Below are positions 10,415 to 19,494 of a stretch of 64,000 bases of DNA, piece after piece (the stretch's first letter is position 1; each line of letters starts with the position of its first letter). A program made the position numbers and the translations under genes. Where the stretch lies: assembly GCA_965203055.1 (NCBI GenBank), contig OZ241863.1, positions 3,072,001 to 3,136,000 of the forward strand. The letters run 5' to 3'. The notes under the pieces were generated by a model. It saw nothing but the letters and a program-made list of their open reading frames with translations, was not told where the DNA came from and made no database searches. This DNA comes from Spirochaetia bacterium. GTDB taxonomy: Bacteria; Spirochaetota; Spirochaetia; SZUA-6; Bin103.

Positions 10415-11302
10415 GTGCAGGGCCGCTCTTCCGCAGAACGCATATTCGCCGGCGCCAACGTCATCTTCTTCCTGTTCTTCTGCGCCATCACCATCTACCC
10501 GTTCATCAATGCAATCGCCTATTCGCTGTCCTCGGCCGACGGCGTGCGGCGCAACATCATCACCTTCCTGCCGTATGGCCTGACGCTGGAGAACTACGGC
10601 ATCATCTTCCGCCGCGCGGACATTCTCCGGGCCAGCGGCATCTCGCTCGCGCGCACGGTGCTGGGCACCCTCTACGCGATCGTCATCACCACGCTCGCCG
10701 CCTATGCCCTGCTCGACCGGCGGCTGCCGCTGCGGCGTCCGATCACCATCTATCTGATCATCCCGATGTACGTGTACGCCGGGCTGATCCCCTACTTCGT
10801 GCTGATCTACGATCTCAAGTTGATGAACAACTTCCTGGTGTACGTGCTGCCGCATGGCTTCTGGGCCTTCAACATGATTCTGATTCGCACCTACATGGAA
10901 TCGATCCCCGACAGCCTCGTGGAGTCGGCCAAGATCGACGGCGCCCGGGAGTTGACTATCATGACGCGCATCGTGGTCCCGCTGTCGTTGCCGATCATCG
11001 CCGTGATCTGCCTGTTCCTCGCGGTGTGGCAGTGGAACTCCTGGTTCGACGCCATGCTCTTCGTCACCCGGCCGGAGCTGCAGCCGTTGGCCATCATGTT
11101 GCGCAAGATCCTGCTCCAGGAAGTGGTCGCCGACGCCTCCTCGATGATGTCGCTCACGCGGGTGGACGCGGTGCGCAAGGTGAGCAGCGAAGGCGTCAAG
11201 ATGGCAACCCTGATCGTCGCCACGCTGCCGATCATATTCGCGTATCCGTTCTTCCAACGCTACTTCATCAAGGGCATCATGATCGGGGCAGTAAAAGAAT
11301 GA
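10415..11302 (+). CDS. Carbohydrate ABC transporter permease (LplC-like)
   Basis: LVESAKIDGA, WQWNSWFD, QRYFIKGIMIGAVKE. Confidence 0.9.
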   Translation: MQGRSSAERIFAGANVIFFLFFCAITIYPFINAIAYSLSSADGVRRNIITFLPYGLTLENYGIIFRRADILRASGISLARTVLGTLYAIVITTLAAYALLDRRLPLRRPITIYLIIPMYVYAGLIPYFVLIYDLKLMNNFLVYVLPHGFWAFNMILIRTYMESIPDSLVESAKIDGARELTIMTRIVVPLSLPIIAVICLFLAVWQWNSWFDAMLFVTRPELQPLAIMLRKILLQEVVADASSMMSLTRVDAVRKVSSEGVKMATLIVATLPIIFAYPFFQRYFIKGIMIGAVKE

Positions 11303-11370
11303 GCAACAGGAGCCCGCAGCCGCGGGCGTTCGCCTCGGAACAAGCGCGCAATCACGCAACAGGAGGATTG

Positions 11371-13131
11371 ATGATGAAACGCCTTGGTATTCTGATAATG
11401 ACGCTGGCGCTGGCCGCGCCGTTCGCGCTCCTGGCCGGCGGAACTGAAGAACAGACCGCGGTCGGCGAAGATGAGTGGGCGGAATATGAAGTATTCATGT
11501 TCACCCGCTTCGAGAACCTGTGGATGAACAATCCGGGGGACGTCGTCACCCCGTACATAGAGGAGAAGTTCAAGCTGCGCATCAGCGACCTGCAATGGCA
11601 GGGCGAGATGACGGCGCAGCAACGCATCGCCCAATACGCCGCCACCGGATCGTGGCCGGACGTGTTCATCGGCGACCCCAACTTCCTGCAGCTCATGCTC
11701 AAGCAGGATGAGCACATGGACCTGACCGAGCTGGTGCCGCAGTACATGCCCACCTACTGGAACGAGGTGATGACCGACGTCGATAAGCAGCTCAACTACG
11801 GCATGAGCGGCGGCGACGGCAAGATCGCGTTCATCTACAAGCACAGCCTGCATCCGTTCGACCCGGCGAAGGACGACGATCCCTACACCGTGTTCAACCG
11901 CAGCTCGCACGCCCTGCAGACGCGCGAGGATCTGTTGACCGCGGCGGGGTATACCTTCAAGCCGATGGCCGAAATCGTGGCCGAGGCGCAGCGCACCGGC
12001 AAACCGCCGAGCCGGGAAGACTTCGCCCTCGATCCACCCATCGACACGCCGGAGCAACTCACCGAGTACCTGCGCAAGATCAAGGCGATGAACCTGACCA
12101 TGAACAACGCGCCGGTCTACCCGATCACCTGGGACTGGTCGATGTTTCACATTGGCACGATGTACGACTGGGGGCACTGGAAGTACAACTTCGAGACCCG
12201 GACCGCGGACGGCTACCTGGGCAGTCCGGGGGCCAAGGAATGGTTCTGGCTGGTCAATCGCTGGTACCAGGAAGGGCTCGTGGATCCTGACTTCCTGGTC
12301 GACAAGAAGGCGCAGATTCGCCAGAAGTACGCCGGCGGCCGGATCGGCACGTTCTTCGACGTGTACGACCTGCCGGGGACCATCCGCGCGCTCAAGGCGC
12401 TCGATTCAAGCTACGTCATGCGCCCGATACCGATGGTCGAGGCCGATCCCTCCAACCACGGCTATTGGGACGCCTATGTGCCCGGTTGGTTCGACGTCGT
12501 GCTGAGCGCCGACCTGGATGAGTCGATTGCGATCCGGCTGCTGAAGATGTGGGACTGGATGTACACCCGCGAAGGGATGGAGATCCTGACCTGGGGGCCA
12601 CCCGACAGCGGCTTGTGGGAGCTCCGCGACGGGGTCAAGGTGTTCACCGATCCGGCGGTATGGGAAGCGGGGCGCACCATGAGCGAAGGCCAGGGCGGAC
12701 CGGAGGAGTATGGACTGCAGGCCCTGCGCGGCCATACCGAGGGCGACATGTGGTCGCGCATCGCCAATGCGAGCGCCGGCCCGCAAGCCGCCCGCTTCTT
12801 CCCTTCCAGCATCCAACGCAGCTATCCGCTGGATATCAACGATACGCTGGTCTACAACGCCGGCAAGGTACTGACCGGGTTCAGCCACCACCGTCCGCTG
12901 CGCGGCAACGTGAGTTACGGCGTGGGCGAGGTGGTCGGCAAGACTTCCGACTACTACTGGGGCGACTTCCGCACCGGGCTCAATCAGGACTTGACGTCGT
13001 TGATCAACGCCGAAACGCGGCAGGAGTACGATGCCGCATGGGAGGACGTGTTCTCCCGCTTCAAGCGCACCACCCGCTACGACGAGGCGCAACAGATCAT
13101 GACCGAGTATTTTCAGAGCTACCTGGAGTAG
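11371..13131 (+). CDS. Carbohydrate ABC transporter solute-binding protein (divergent LplA-like)
   Basis: SD AGGAGG at 11361-11366 before ATG 11371, in frame with the track ORF 11026..13131. Signal peptide MMKRLGILIMTLALAAPFALLAGG, NRWYQEGLVDPDF. Confidence 0.85.
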   Translation: MMKRLGILIMTLALAAPFALLAGGTEEQTAVGEDEWAEYEVFMFTRFENLWMNNPGDVVTPYIEEKFKLRISDLQWQGEMTAQQRIAQYAATGSWPDVFIGDPNFLQLMLKQDEHMDLTELVPQYMPTYWNEVMTDVDKQLNYGMSGGDGKIAFIYKHSLHPFDPAKDDDPYTVFNRSSHALQTREDLLTAAGYTFKPMAEIVAEAQRTGKPPSREDFALDPPIDTPEQLTEYLRKIKAMNLTMNNAPVYPITWDWSMFHIGTMYDWGHWKYNFETRTADGYLGSPGAKEWFWLVNRWYQEGLVDPDFLVDKKAQIRQKYAGGRIGTFFDVYDLPGTIRALKALDSSYVMRPIPMVEADPSNHGYWDAYVPGWFDVVLSADLDESIAIRLLKMWDWMYTREGMEILTWGPPDSGLWELRDGVKVFTDPAVWEAGRTMSEGQGGPEEYGLQALRGHTEGDMWSRIANASAGPQAARFFPSSIQRSYPLDINDTLVYNAGKVLTGFSHHRPLRGNVSYGVGEVVGKTSDYYWGDFRTGLNQDLTSLINAETRQEYDAAWEDVFSRFKRTTRYDEAQQIMTEYFQSYLE

Positions 13132-13150
13132 CGGAGTCACCGCATCCGGG

Positions 13151-13188
13151 GGCGGGGCGGCGGCGTGGTTACCGCGCCGCTCCCCGCC
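13151..13188 (+). terminator. GC-rich stem-loop after the SBP gene
   Basis: Imperfect inverted repeat ggcggggcggcggcg...cgcgccgctccccgcc. Confidence 0.45.
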
Positions 13189-13222
13189 GTTTCGCAAGGA
13201 TTTCGCAGCAAGGATACTGCAG

Positions 13223-14107
13223 ATGGCCAACGAGCAAACGGTGCGGCCGGCGCTGGCGGCCGCCGACTGGGAGCGGCTGAACGCCGCGCCGCTGCCTGAC
13301 CTGGACGGCGAATACCCGCTCAGCGAGGCGCAGGTGGAGCGCTTCCGGGAGCAGGGATTCATCGTCCTGGAAGGGGTGCTGGACCGCGCCGAGATCACCG
13401 CCTACGGGGAGGCGATCCGCGCCGTCGCCATGGCCCACTTCCGCGCCCGCGGGCTGGCCGCGTCGTTCGGCGGCGCCTTCCTGCAGCAGCTCAACCTGCG
13501 CTACTGCTCCGACGCGGTGCGCAGCTTCGTGCTCAGCCCGCGCTTCGGGCGCATTGCCAGCCGCCTGCTGGGCGCGCCCGCGGTGCGCCTGTATCACGAG
13601 CAGGCGCTGTTCAAGCCGCCGGGCGGGATCGACTCGCACTGGCACCAGGACCAGTTCTACTTCCCGTTCGACGATACCTTCACCCTGGGAATGTGGATGC
13701 CGCTGGTGGACTGCTCGCCGGACATGGGGCCGCTGCGCTTCATCGCCGGCTCGCACAAGTACGGCAACCTGGAGGGCATGTCGATCAGCGAGGAGTCGAA
13801 GCACTTCTTCGACGACTTCGCCGCGCGCGAGGGGCTGCAGGTGGTGCAGGTGCCTGGGCTTCGGGCCGGCGACTGCTCGCTGCACCTGGGCTGGACCGTG
13901 CACGGCGCGCCGGCCAACCGCTCGGACAAGATGCGCGAGGCGATGACCGCCAACTACTTCCCCGACGGCGCGCGCATCACCGACCTGGCGCGCTCGCCGG
14001 ACGGGCTGCGCTTCGTGGGCGGCCTGCTGCCCGGCCAGCTCGCCACCAGCGCGATGAACCCGATCGTCTTTTCCGCCGCCGACGCGGCGGCGGCGGAGGG
14101 CGGCTGA
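13223..14107 (+). CDS. Phytanoyl-CoA dioxygenase (PhyH) family Fe(II)/2OG dioxygenase
   Basis: QVERFREQGFIVL start, HxD (WHQD), distal His (TVHGA), NRSDKMR arginine motif. Confidence 0.92.
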   Translation: MANEQTVRPALAAADWERLNAAPLPDLDGEYPLSEAQVERFREQGFIVLEGVLDRAEITAYGEAIRAVAMAHFRARGLAASFGGAFLQQLNLRYCSDAVRSFVLSPRFGRIASRLLGAPAVRLYHEQALFKPPGGIDSHWHQDQFYFPFDDTFTLGMWMPLVDCSPDMGPLRFIAGSHKYGNLEGMSISEESKHFFDDFAAREGLQVVQVPGLRAGDCSLHLGWTVHGAPANRSDKMREAMTANYFPDGARITDLARSPDGLRFVGGLLPGQLATSAMNPIVFSAADAAAAEGG

Positions 14108-15645
14108 TGGAGCAGTGGAGCGCCGCGCGCGCGAACGAGTGGTTCGCTTCGATCCCGCTGCCGTTCGGCTGCAACTTCCTGCCGAGCAGCGCGGTGAATA
14201 GCACCGAGATGTGGCAGGCGGAGAGCTTCGACCCGGCCACCATCGAGCGCGAGCTGAGCTGGGCGGCCGGGCTCGGCTACAACACGGTGCGCGTGTTCCT
14301 GCAGTTCATGGTCTGGGAGGCGGACCCGGAGGGCCAGAAGGAGCGCCTGGAGACGTTCCTCAGGCTGGCTGACGCGGCCGGCATTTCGATGATGCCGATC
14401 CTGTTCGACGATTGCCGCTTCGACGACCGCGACCCCTACCCGGGGCGCCAGGATGAGCCCAAGCCGGGGGTGCACAACAGCCGCTGGACGCCGAGCCCCG
14501 GCTACGCCGCGGCCGACGACCCGGCGCGCTGGCCGCAGCTCGAAGCGTACGTGACCGACCTGGTGGGGGCGTTCGGCGGCGACCGCCGGGTGCTGGTGTG
14601 GGACCTGTACAACGAGCCGGGCGGGGCGCGCCCCCAGGCCAGCCTGCCGCTGCTGGAGGCGGCGTTCCGCTGGGCGCGCGCCGCGCGGCCGCGCCAGCCG
14701 CTGACCGTGGGGTCATTCTTCTGGGACGACTACATGACCGAGATTCGGCTTCGCGGCGAACGCAACTCCGACGTGGTGTCGTTCCACAGCTACGGCAACC
14801 TCAACGAAATCGGGGAGCGGCTCGACGAGCTGGCGCGGTACGGGCGGCCGCTGCTGTGCACCGAATGGCTGGCGCGCCACCACGGCTCCAAGTTCGCCAG
14901 CCACCTGCCGCTGTTCCGCGACCGCAACGTCGGCAGCTATCAGTGGGGGCTGGTGGCCGGGCGCACTCAGACCTTCCTGCACTGGTACACGCGCTACAGC
15001 CCGGAGCCGGCGCCGCCGGAGCCGCGCCTGTGGCTGCACGACGTGCTGCGGCGCGACGGCTCGCTGTACGATCCCGCGGAAGCCGCGCCGCTGCGCGCGC
15101 ACGCCGGCGAGGAGCTGGCGCTGGAACCGGCGCCAATGACGCCGGAGCTGATGGCCGACCTGGAGCGGCGCGGGCTGATCATCCGCCTGCGGCCCGGCGC
15201 CCATGACCTGGCGGCGCGGCCGGGCGAGACCCTCGGCGAGTCGATCTACGAGAGCGCTGGCCGGTACGGCCCGCACAAGCTGATCGCGGTCACCGTGAAC
15301 CGCGCCGAGTTCGCGGCCTTCGGCACCCATCCCGACAACGAGGAGTTCCTGTTGCTCGGCAACCCCGACAGCCAGCCGCTGTACCTTGCGGTGGCGCTGT
15401 GCCTGCGGGAGGAGTTCGAGGACAAGGTGAAGAGCGGCCGGCTGACCGCCGCGGACCTGGTGATGATCGAGTGCCGTTACAACGACCCGGAGGTGAGTTT
15501 CTTCGTGATGCGCGCCGGCGTGCCGCACGGCGAGGCGGTGATGCCGGCGGCGGGCAAGCCGGCGCCCAGCTTCTACGTCACCGAATCGCGCGACCTGCCG
15601 CTGGACCTGCTCGACCTGCGCAAGTACCGCCTGTCCGCGACCTGA
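14107..15645 (+). CDS. GH5-like (clan GH-A) glycoside hydrolase fused to a C-terminal cupin-like domain
   Basis: TGATG overlap with the PhyH gene. Acid/base WDLYNEP and nucleophile LLCTEW. About 175 extra C-terminal residues carry THPDNEEF and RAGVPHG. Confidence 0.8.
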   Translation: MEQWSAARANEWFASIPLPFGCNFLPSSAVNSTEMWQAESFDPATIERELSWAAGLGYNTVRVFLQFMVWEADPEGQKERLETFLRLADAAGISMMPILFDDCRFDDRDPYPGRQDEPKPGVHNSRWTPSPGYAAADDPARWPQLEAYVTDLVGAFGGDRRVLVWDLYNEPGGARPQASLPLLEAAFRWARAARPRQPLTVGSFFWDDYMTEIRLRGERNSDVVSFHSYGNLNEIGERLDELARYGRPLLCTEWLARHHGSKFASHLPLFRDRNVGSYQWGLVAGRTQTFLHWYTRYSPEPAPPEPRLWLHDVLRRDGSLYDPAEAAPLRAHAGEELALEPAPMTPELMADLERRGLIIRLRPGAHDLAARPGETLGESIYESAGRYGPHKLIAVTVNRAEFAAFGTHPDNEEFLLLGNPDSQPLYLAVALCLREEFEDKVKSGRLTAADLVMIECRYNDPEVSFFVMRAGVPHGEAVMPAAGKPAPSFYVTESRDLPLDLLDLRKYRLSAT

Positions 15646-15661
15646 AAAAGGGCCGGTTCGG

Positions 15662-16348
15662 GTGGAACGGCCGCACTATCACCAACACCGCCGGCGGCTG
15701 CGCGAACGCTTCCTCAAGAGCGGCGTGGCCGGGTTCGCCGAGCATGAGGTCATCGAGCTGATCCTGACGCTGGCCATTCCCCGCCGCGACGTAAAGGAAC
15801 CCGCCAAGGCGCTGCTCGCGCGCTTCGGCAACCTGCGCGGCGTCATGGATGCGCCGCGTTCCGAATTGCAGGCCGTAGCGGGCGTGGGCGAAGTCGCCGC
15901 AACCGCGCTGCAAGTCATACGCGCGGTCGCCACGCTCTACCTGCAGCAGGCGTCCGAGGACGAAGCGGAAGCGCTGAGCGATCCCCGGCGGCTGAGCGAC
16001 TTCTGGCGCATGCGGATCGGCGCCCTGAAGCACGAAGTGTTCGCCGTGGCATATCTGGATTCGGCGGGCCGGCTGCTCCGCGACGGCGTGGAGACCCTGC
16101 AGGAGGGCACCATCGACCGCGCCGCGGTGTATCCCCGCCGGGTGGCGGCGGCCGCGCTCCGGCGGGAGGCGGCGGCCATCGTGCTGGCGCACAATCATCC
16201 GAACGGCCTGCTGCAGCCGAGCGAGCACGACAAGCTGATCACGCGCGCGATCGTGCTGGCCGCCGAGACCGTCGGGCTGCGCGTCGTCGATCACCTGATC
16301 GTGGCCGCGCAGGACACCTTCAGCTTCCGGCAGGCCGGCCTGCTGTGA
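15662..16348 (+). CDS. radC: RadC-like JAB domain protein
   Basis: HRRRLRERF, HhH region GVGE, JAB motif AHNHPNG...PSEHD, VVDHLIV. Confidence 0.92.
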   Translation: MERPHYHQHRRRLRERFLKSGVAGFAEHEVIELILTLAIPRRDVKEPAKALLARFGNLRGVMDAPRSELQAVAGVGEVAATALQVIRAVATLYLQQASEDEAEALSDPRRLSDFWRMRIGALKHEVFAVAYLDSAGRLLRDGVETLQEGTIDRAAVYPRRVAAAALRREAAAIVLAHNHPNGLLQPSEHDKLITRAIVLAAETVGLRVVDHLIVAAQDTFSFRQAGLL

Positions 16349-16431
16349 GCGCCGCCTGCCGTCCTGACGTTCGTTCGCTCGTCTCGACGGCGCCGGCCCG
16401 AAAAGGGTAGATTCCGGTCAGGAGAGTTGGA

Positions 16432-17172
16432 ATGCCGTTTACCGTCGAAGACTTCCAAGACTTGGTGCAACTGCTCGATGAGCGTCCGGAGTGGCGGTCG
16501 GAACTGCGTCGTCTGGTATTGAGCGACGAGTACCTGGCGCTGCCGGAGCAGCTTGCCGAGTTCCGGCGCGACATGGAACAGCGCTTTATCGAGGTCGAGA
16601 AGCAGATCGCCGACCTGCGGCGCGACATGGAGCAGCGTTTTTGCGAAGTCGAGAAGCAGATCGCTGAACTGCGGGGCGACACCGACGTCCACTTCCATCG
16701 TGTCAACGTGCAGATCGGGCAACTCAAGGGCGAGAACCTGGAGCGGCGCTACCGGGAACGCGCGCACGCCTACTTCGGCCGGCTGCTCCGCAAGGGCCGG
16801 GTGGTAGGGTCGCAAGAACTGTCCGATCTCCTGGAGGAAGCGGCCGACCGCGGCGTCCTGTCGCAGAGCGACCGGGAGGAGGTGGCGTGGGCCGATCTGA
16901 TCATGCGCGGCCGGTGGCGCGCTGACGGCCGGCAGGTCATGGTGCTCGCGGAGGTCTCGTGGGTCGTCGACCGCAACGACGTGCGGCGGGCCGTGGACCG
17001 GGCGGCGCTGCTGAGCCGGCTGGGCACGCCGGTGGTGCCGGTGGTCGCCGGAGACTCCGTCACCGAGCGCGCGGCGGACATGGCGCGCAGCCGCAACGTG
17101 TGGCAAATGCTCGATGGCCGATTGGTTGAACCGGATGGCATGAGCCAGACTGAGTTGGCAGCGCGTCCGTAA
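16432..17172 (+). CDS. Hypothetical protein: tandem coiled-coil repeats plus C-terminal PD-(D/E)XK-like domain
   Basis: SD AGGAGAG, two 18-aa repeats, LKGENLERRY, WADLIMRG...LAEVS...DVRRA..RA. Confidence 0.65.
   Translation: MPFTVEDFQDLVQLLDERPEWRSELRRLVLSDEYLALPEQLAEFRRDMEQRFIEVEKQIADLRRDMEQRFCEVEKQIAELRGDTDVHFHRVNVQIGQLKGENLERRYRERAHAYFGRLLRKGRVVGSQELSDLLEEAADRGVLSQSDREEVAWADLIMRGRWRADGRQVMVLAEVSWVVDRNDVRRAVDRAALLSRLGTPVVPVVAGDSVTERAADMARSRNVWQMLDGRLVEPDGMSQTELAARP
16564..16671 (+). repeat. In-frame 54-bp tandem repeat x2 (RRDMEQRFxEVEKQIAxL)
   Basis: Units 16564-16617 and 16618-16671 are near-identical, followed by a partial third start (cggggcgac). Confidence 0.9.
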
Positions 17173-17181
17173 GCGGCCGCG

Positions 17182-18690
17182 ATGACACCCGCTGATCTGG
17201 AAGTCCTCATCCAGCAGGGCGAAGGCACGACGCTCGAATTCAAGGAAGCGGTGTCGTCGTCGTTCGCGCGGGAGCTCGTGGCGCTGGCCAACACCGTCGG
17301 CGGGAAGATTTTGCTAGGTGTACGGGACGATCATTCCATCGTCGGGATCCGGGACGCCAACGAGCTGCGCGCCCGACTCCAGGGCCTTGCCCGCAACTGC
17401 GATCCTCCGGTGAAGGTGCGCGTGGAGCCGGTCGGCAACGTGCTGGTGGTCCACGTACGGGAGAGCGACGCCAAACCGGTGCAGTGCAGCGACGGGTTCT
17501 TCAGTCGCCAAGGCGCGGTAACGCAGAAGCTGAACCGAAACGAGATCCGCGACTTCTTCCGGGTCGAAGGGGCGATCCGGTTCGACTTGGCGGTTTGCCC
17601 CCGGTTCCGCTATCCGGAGGACTTCGACCGCGAGAAGTACGACCGGTGGGTAGGTTACTCCGGCATCACCGGACGGCCGCCGGTGGAGGACACTCTGGTC
17701 AACATCGAGGCGGCCGAGCGGGCTGGCGACCGGCTGCTGTTCCGCAACGCCGGCGTGCTGTTCTTCGCCCGGAACGTGCGGCACTTCTTCCCGGAGGCAT
17801 ATATCACCTGTCTGTTGGGCCGGGGGACCGACAAGGTTCACATTCTGGATCGCAAGGACTTCGCCGGGGGGACCGTGGCCGACATCGAGGAAGCCATGCG
17901 CTTCATCGAGCGCAATACCCGCACCGCCTACCGGATCGAGGGCCTGCGCCGGGAAAACGTCCCGGAGTACCCGATGAACGCGCTGCGCGAGGCGATCACC
18001 AACGCGGTCATGCATCGCGACTGGTTCTACAACGGCACCAACGTGTTCGTGGAGCTCTACGCCGACCGCATCGAGGTGATCAGTCCCGGCAGCCTGCCCC
18101 CCGGCCTGACCGTTGCCGAGCTGGGGCGCCGGAGCGTGCGGCGCAACCCGCTCATCTCCGACCTGCTCCACCGCATCGAGTTCATCGAGATGGCCGGCAC
18201 CGGCATCCGGCGCATCCGGGAGGAAGCGCGGGCGCGCCGCTGCCCGGAGCCGACGTTCGAGGCCAACAGCTTCGTGACCGTCACCTTCCGGCCCAACCCC
18301 GAGGTGCGGGCGGCGACCGGCGATGATGGGACTACCGGGGAAGTCACCGGGGATGTTACCGGGGTAGTTACGCCGCAGGAGACGCATCAAACCCCTTCCC
18401 GGGCAACCACCGGGGAAGTCACCGGGGATGTTACCGGGGAAGTCACCGGGGAAGTCGCGGCGGTTGTCCGGCTGCTGCGAGCGATGGCCGGCGACATGAC
18501 CAGGCAGCATCTCCAGGAGGCGCTTGGCCTGAAGCACGAGGACCACTTCCGCAGTGCGTACCTGCAGCCCGCTCTGCGCGCCGGCCTGGTAGAAATGACC
18601 ATCCCCGACAAGCCGCGCAGCCGCAGCCAGCGCTACCGGCTGACGCCCGCCGGCAGCCGCTACCTGAGACGAACGGAGGAGACCCCGTAG
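17182..18690 (+). CDS. Schlafen/AlbA_2 domain protein with RecG-C-like (HATPase_c_4) region and C-terminal HTH
   Basis: GEGTTLEFKE, ALANTVGGKILLGV, LREAITNAVMHRD, SPGSLP, RRNPLI, GTGIRR, IPDKPRSRSQRYRLT. Confidence 0.88.
   Translation: MTPADLEVLIQQGEGTTLEFKEAVSSSFARELVALANTVGGKILLGVRDDHSIVGIRDANELRARLQGLARNCDPPVKVRVEPVGNVLVVHVRESDAKPVQCSDGFFSRQGAVTQKLNRNEIRDFFRVEGAIRFDLAVCPRFRYPEDFDREKYDRWVGYSGITGRPPVEDTLVNIEAAERAGDRLLFRNAGVLFFARNVRHFFPEAYITCLLGRGTDKVHILDRKDFAGGTVADIEEAMRFIERNTRTAYRIEGLRRENVPEYPMNALREAITNAVMHRDWFYNGTNVFVELYADRIEVISPGSLPPGLTVAELGRRSVRRNPLISDLLHRIEFIEMAGTGIRRIREEARARRCPEPTFEANSFVTVTFRPNPEVRAATGDDGTTGEVTGDVTGVVTPQETHQTPSRATTGEVTGDVTGEVTGEVAAVVRLLRAMAGDMTRQHLQEALGLKHEDHFRSAYLQPALRAGLVEMTIPDKPRSRSQRYRLTPAGSRYLRRTEETP
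18334..18456 (+). repeat. Two clusters of 12-bp repeats ACCGGGGA(A/T)GT(C/T) encoding TGEV/TGDV
   Basis: 3 units at 18334-18369 and 4 units at 18409-18456. Confidence 0.9.
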
Positions 18691-18704
18691 ATGGCGAAGA
18701 TCGA
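18619..18704 (+). repeat. Direct repeat copy 1 (end of AlbA gene plus ATGGCGAAGATCGA, the mod start)
   Basis: agccgcagccagcgctaccggc...ccgctacctgagacgaacggaggagaccccgtagatggcgaagatcga recurs at 19771-19846. Confidence 0.92.
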
Positions 18705-18820
18705 TGGCCCGCGTACTATAGGTGCCACGGCGTCGCGCAGGCTCTCAGCCCCTCGCGTGGGATCGACGTTGCCGGTCCGTATCCGCCAAGGCCAGTTCCT
18801 CGACGGCGGCCATAGCACGC

Positions 18821-19078
18821 TCAGGACCGCTGGCTCGACCAGGGCCTGCGCGGGCGCGCAGCGGTCGGCGACGGCTTGCGCGGCGGCAGCTTCTCGCCGG
18901 TGTACGCGTCCCACTCGTTGCCGTCAGCGTCGGCCATGATAAAGCGGTCCTCGCGGCGCACCCTGCCGCTCGCGAGCGACTCCCGGACCCCTTCCGGCGT
19001 CAGCTCCCCGAGCGGGCGCCCGGAGTAGTCGCTGTCTACGGCTTGGGTTTCGTCGGCTTCTTCTTTCTGCTTGCCCAT
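18821..19078 (-). CDS. Small acidic hypothetical protein (candidate partner of the upstream pseudogene)
   Basis: 85-aa ORF whose ATG overlaps the 3' end of the reconstructed pseudogene at 19036-19401. Confidence 0.45.
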   Translation of the reverse strand: MGKQKEEADETQAVDSDYSGRPLGELTPEGVRESLASGRVRREDRFIMADADGNEWDAYTGEKLPPRKPSPTAARPRRPWSSQRS

Positions 19079-19401
19079 CTGCGACTCATCAGGAGCTTGT
19101 CATTGGCTTGCGCGATCGGCACGAACTCGTCATACGGCCACTGCCTGACCCGCAACACCCTGTTCTTTGTGGGTGAGCATCTTGTCGAGCTGCGCCTTTA
19201 GGACCGATGACCCGCTCCGCCACGCAATATACTGCGCATACGCCCGCGCCCACAACTCGGCCTCGTGGGTCAGGTAGGTATCGCCCTGCAGGAGCGCATA
19301 CCTCTTGCTCTGCAGGATCGCCTTATGACCGCCTGCATCGTCCGAGTCGACTCCCGCTTAGACTCGAGGTCGTCTATTTCGGCGACGCCCTTCTTTGACA
19401 T
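19036..19401 (-). pseudogene. Doubly frameshifted fragment resembling phage polyvalent-protein / MuF-type C-terminal (LPD1 or zincin-like) domains
   Basis: Manual translation across three frames gives MSKKGVAEIDDLESKRESTRTMQAV / AILQSKRYALLQGDTYLTHEAELWARAYAQYIAWRSGSSVLKAQLDKML / RVRQWPYDEFVPIAQANDKLLMSRRW...TAG(19036). Shifts near 19323 and 19165. Confidence 0.55.
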
Positions 19402-19459
19402 GCCCGACGTCAGTACGCGCCGGCGCGAGTGCCCGCCGGCGCGCAGCCTGGATGCCTGT

Positions 19460-19488
19460 TTGACTGATGATACCATGGCGAATACCAT
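19460..19488 (+). promoter_or_regulatory. Sigma70-type promoter of the abrB-like gene (leaderless)
   Basis: TTGACT (19460-65), 17-nt spacer, TACCAT (19483-88), 6 nt before GTG 19495. ATACCAT is repeated within the spacer, a possible operator. Confidence 0.7.
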
Positions 19489-19494
19489 ATAGCC

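Noticed and set aside
18691..18939. 82-aa ORF starting MAKID
   Set aside because: Only the first five codons are the duplicated mod start; the rest is read-through into the cassette.
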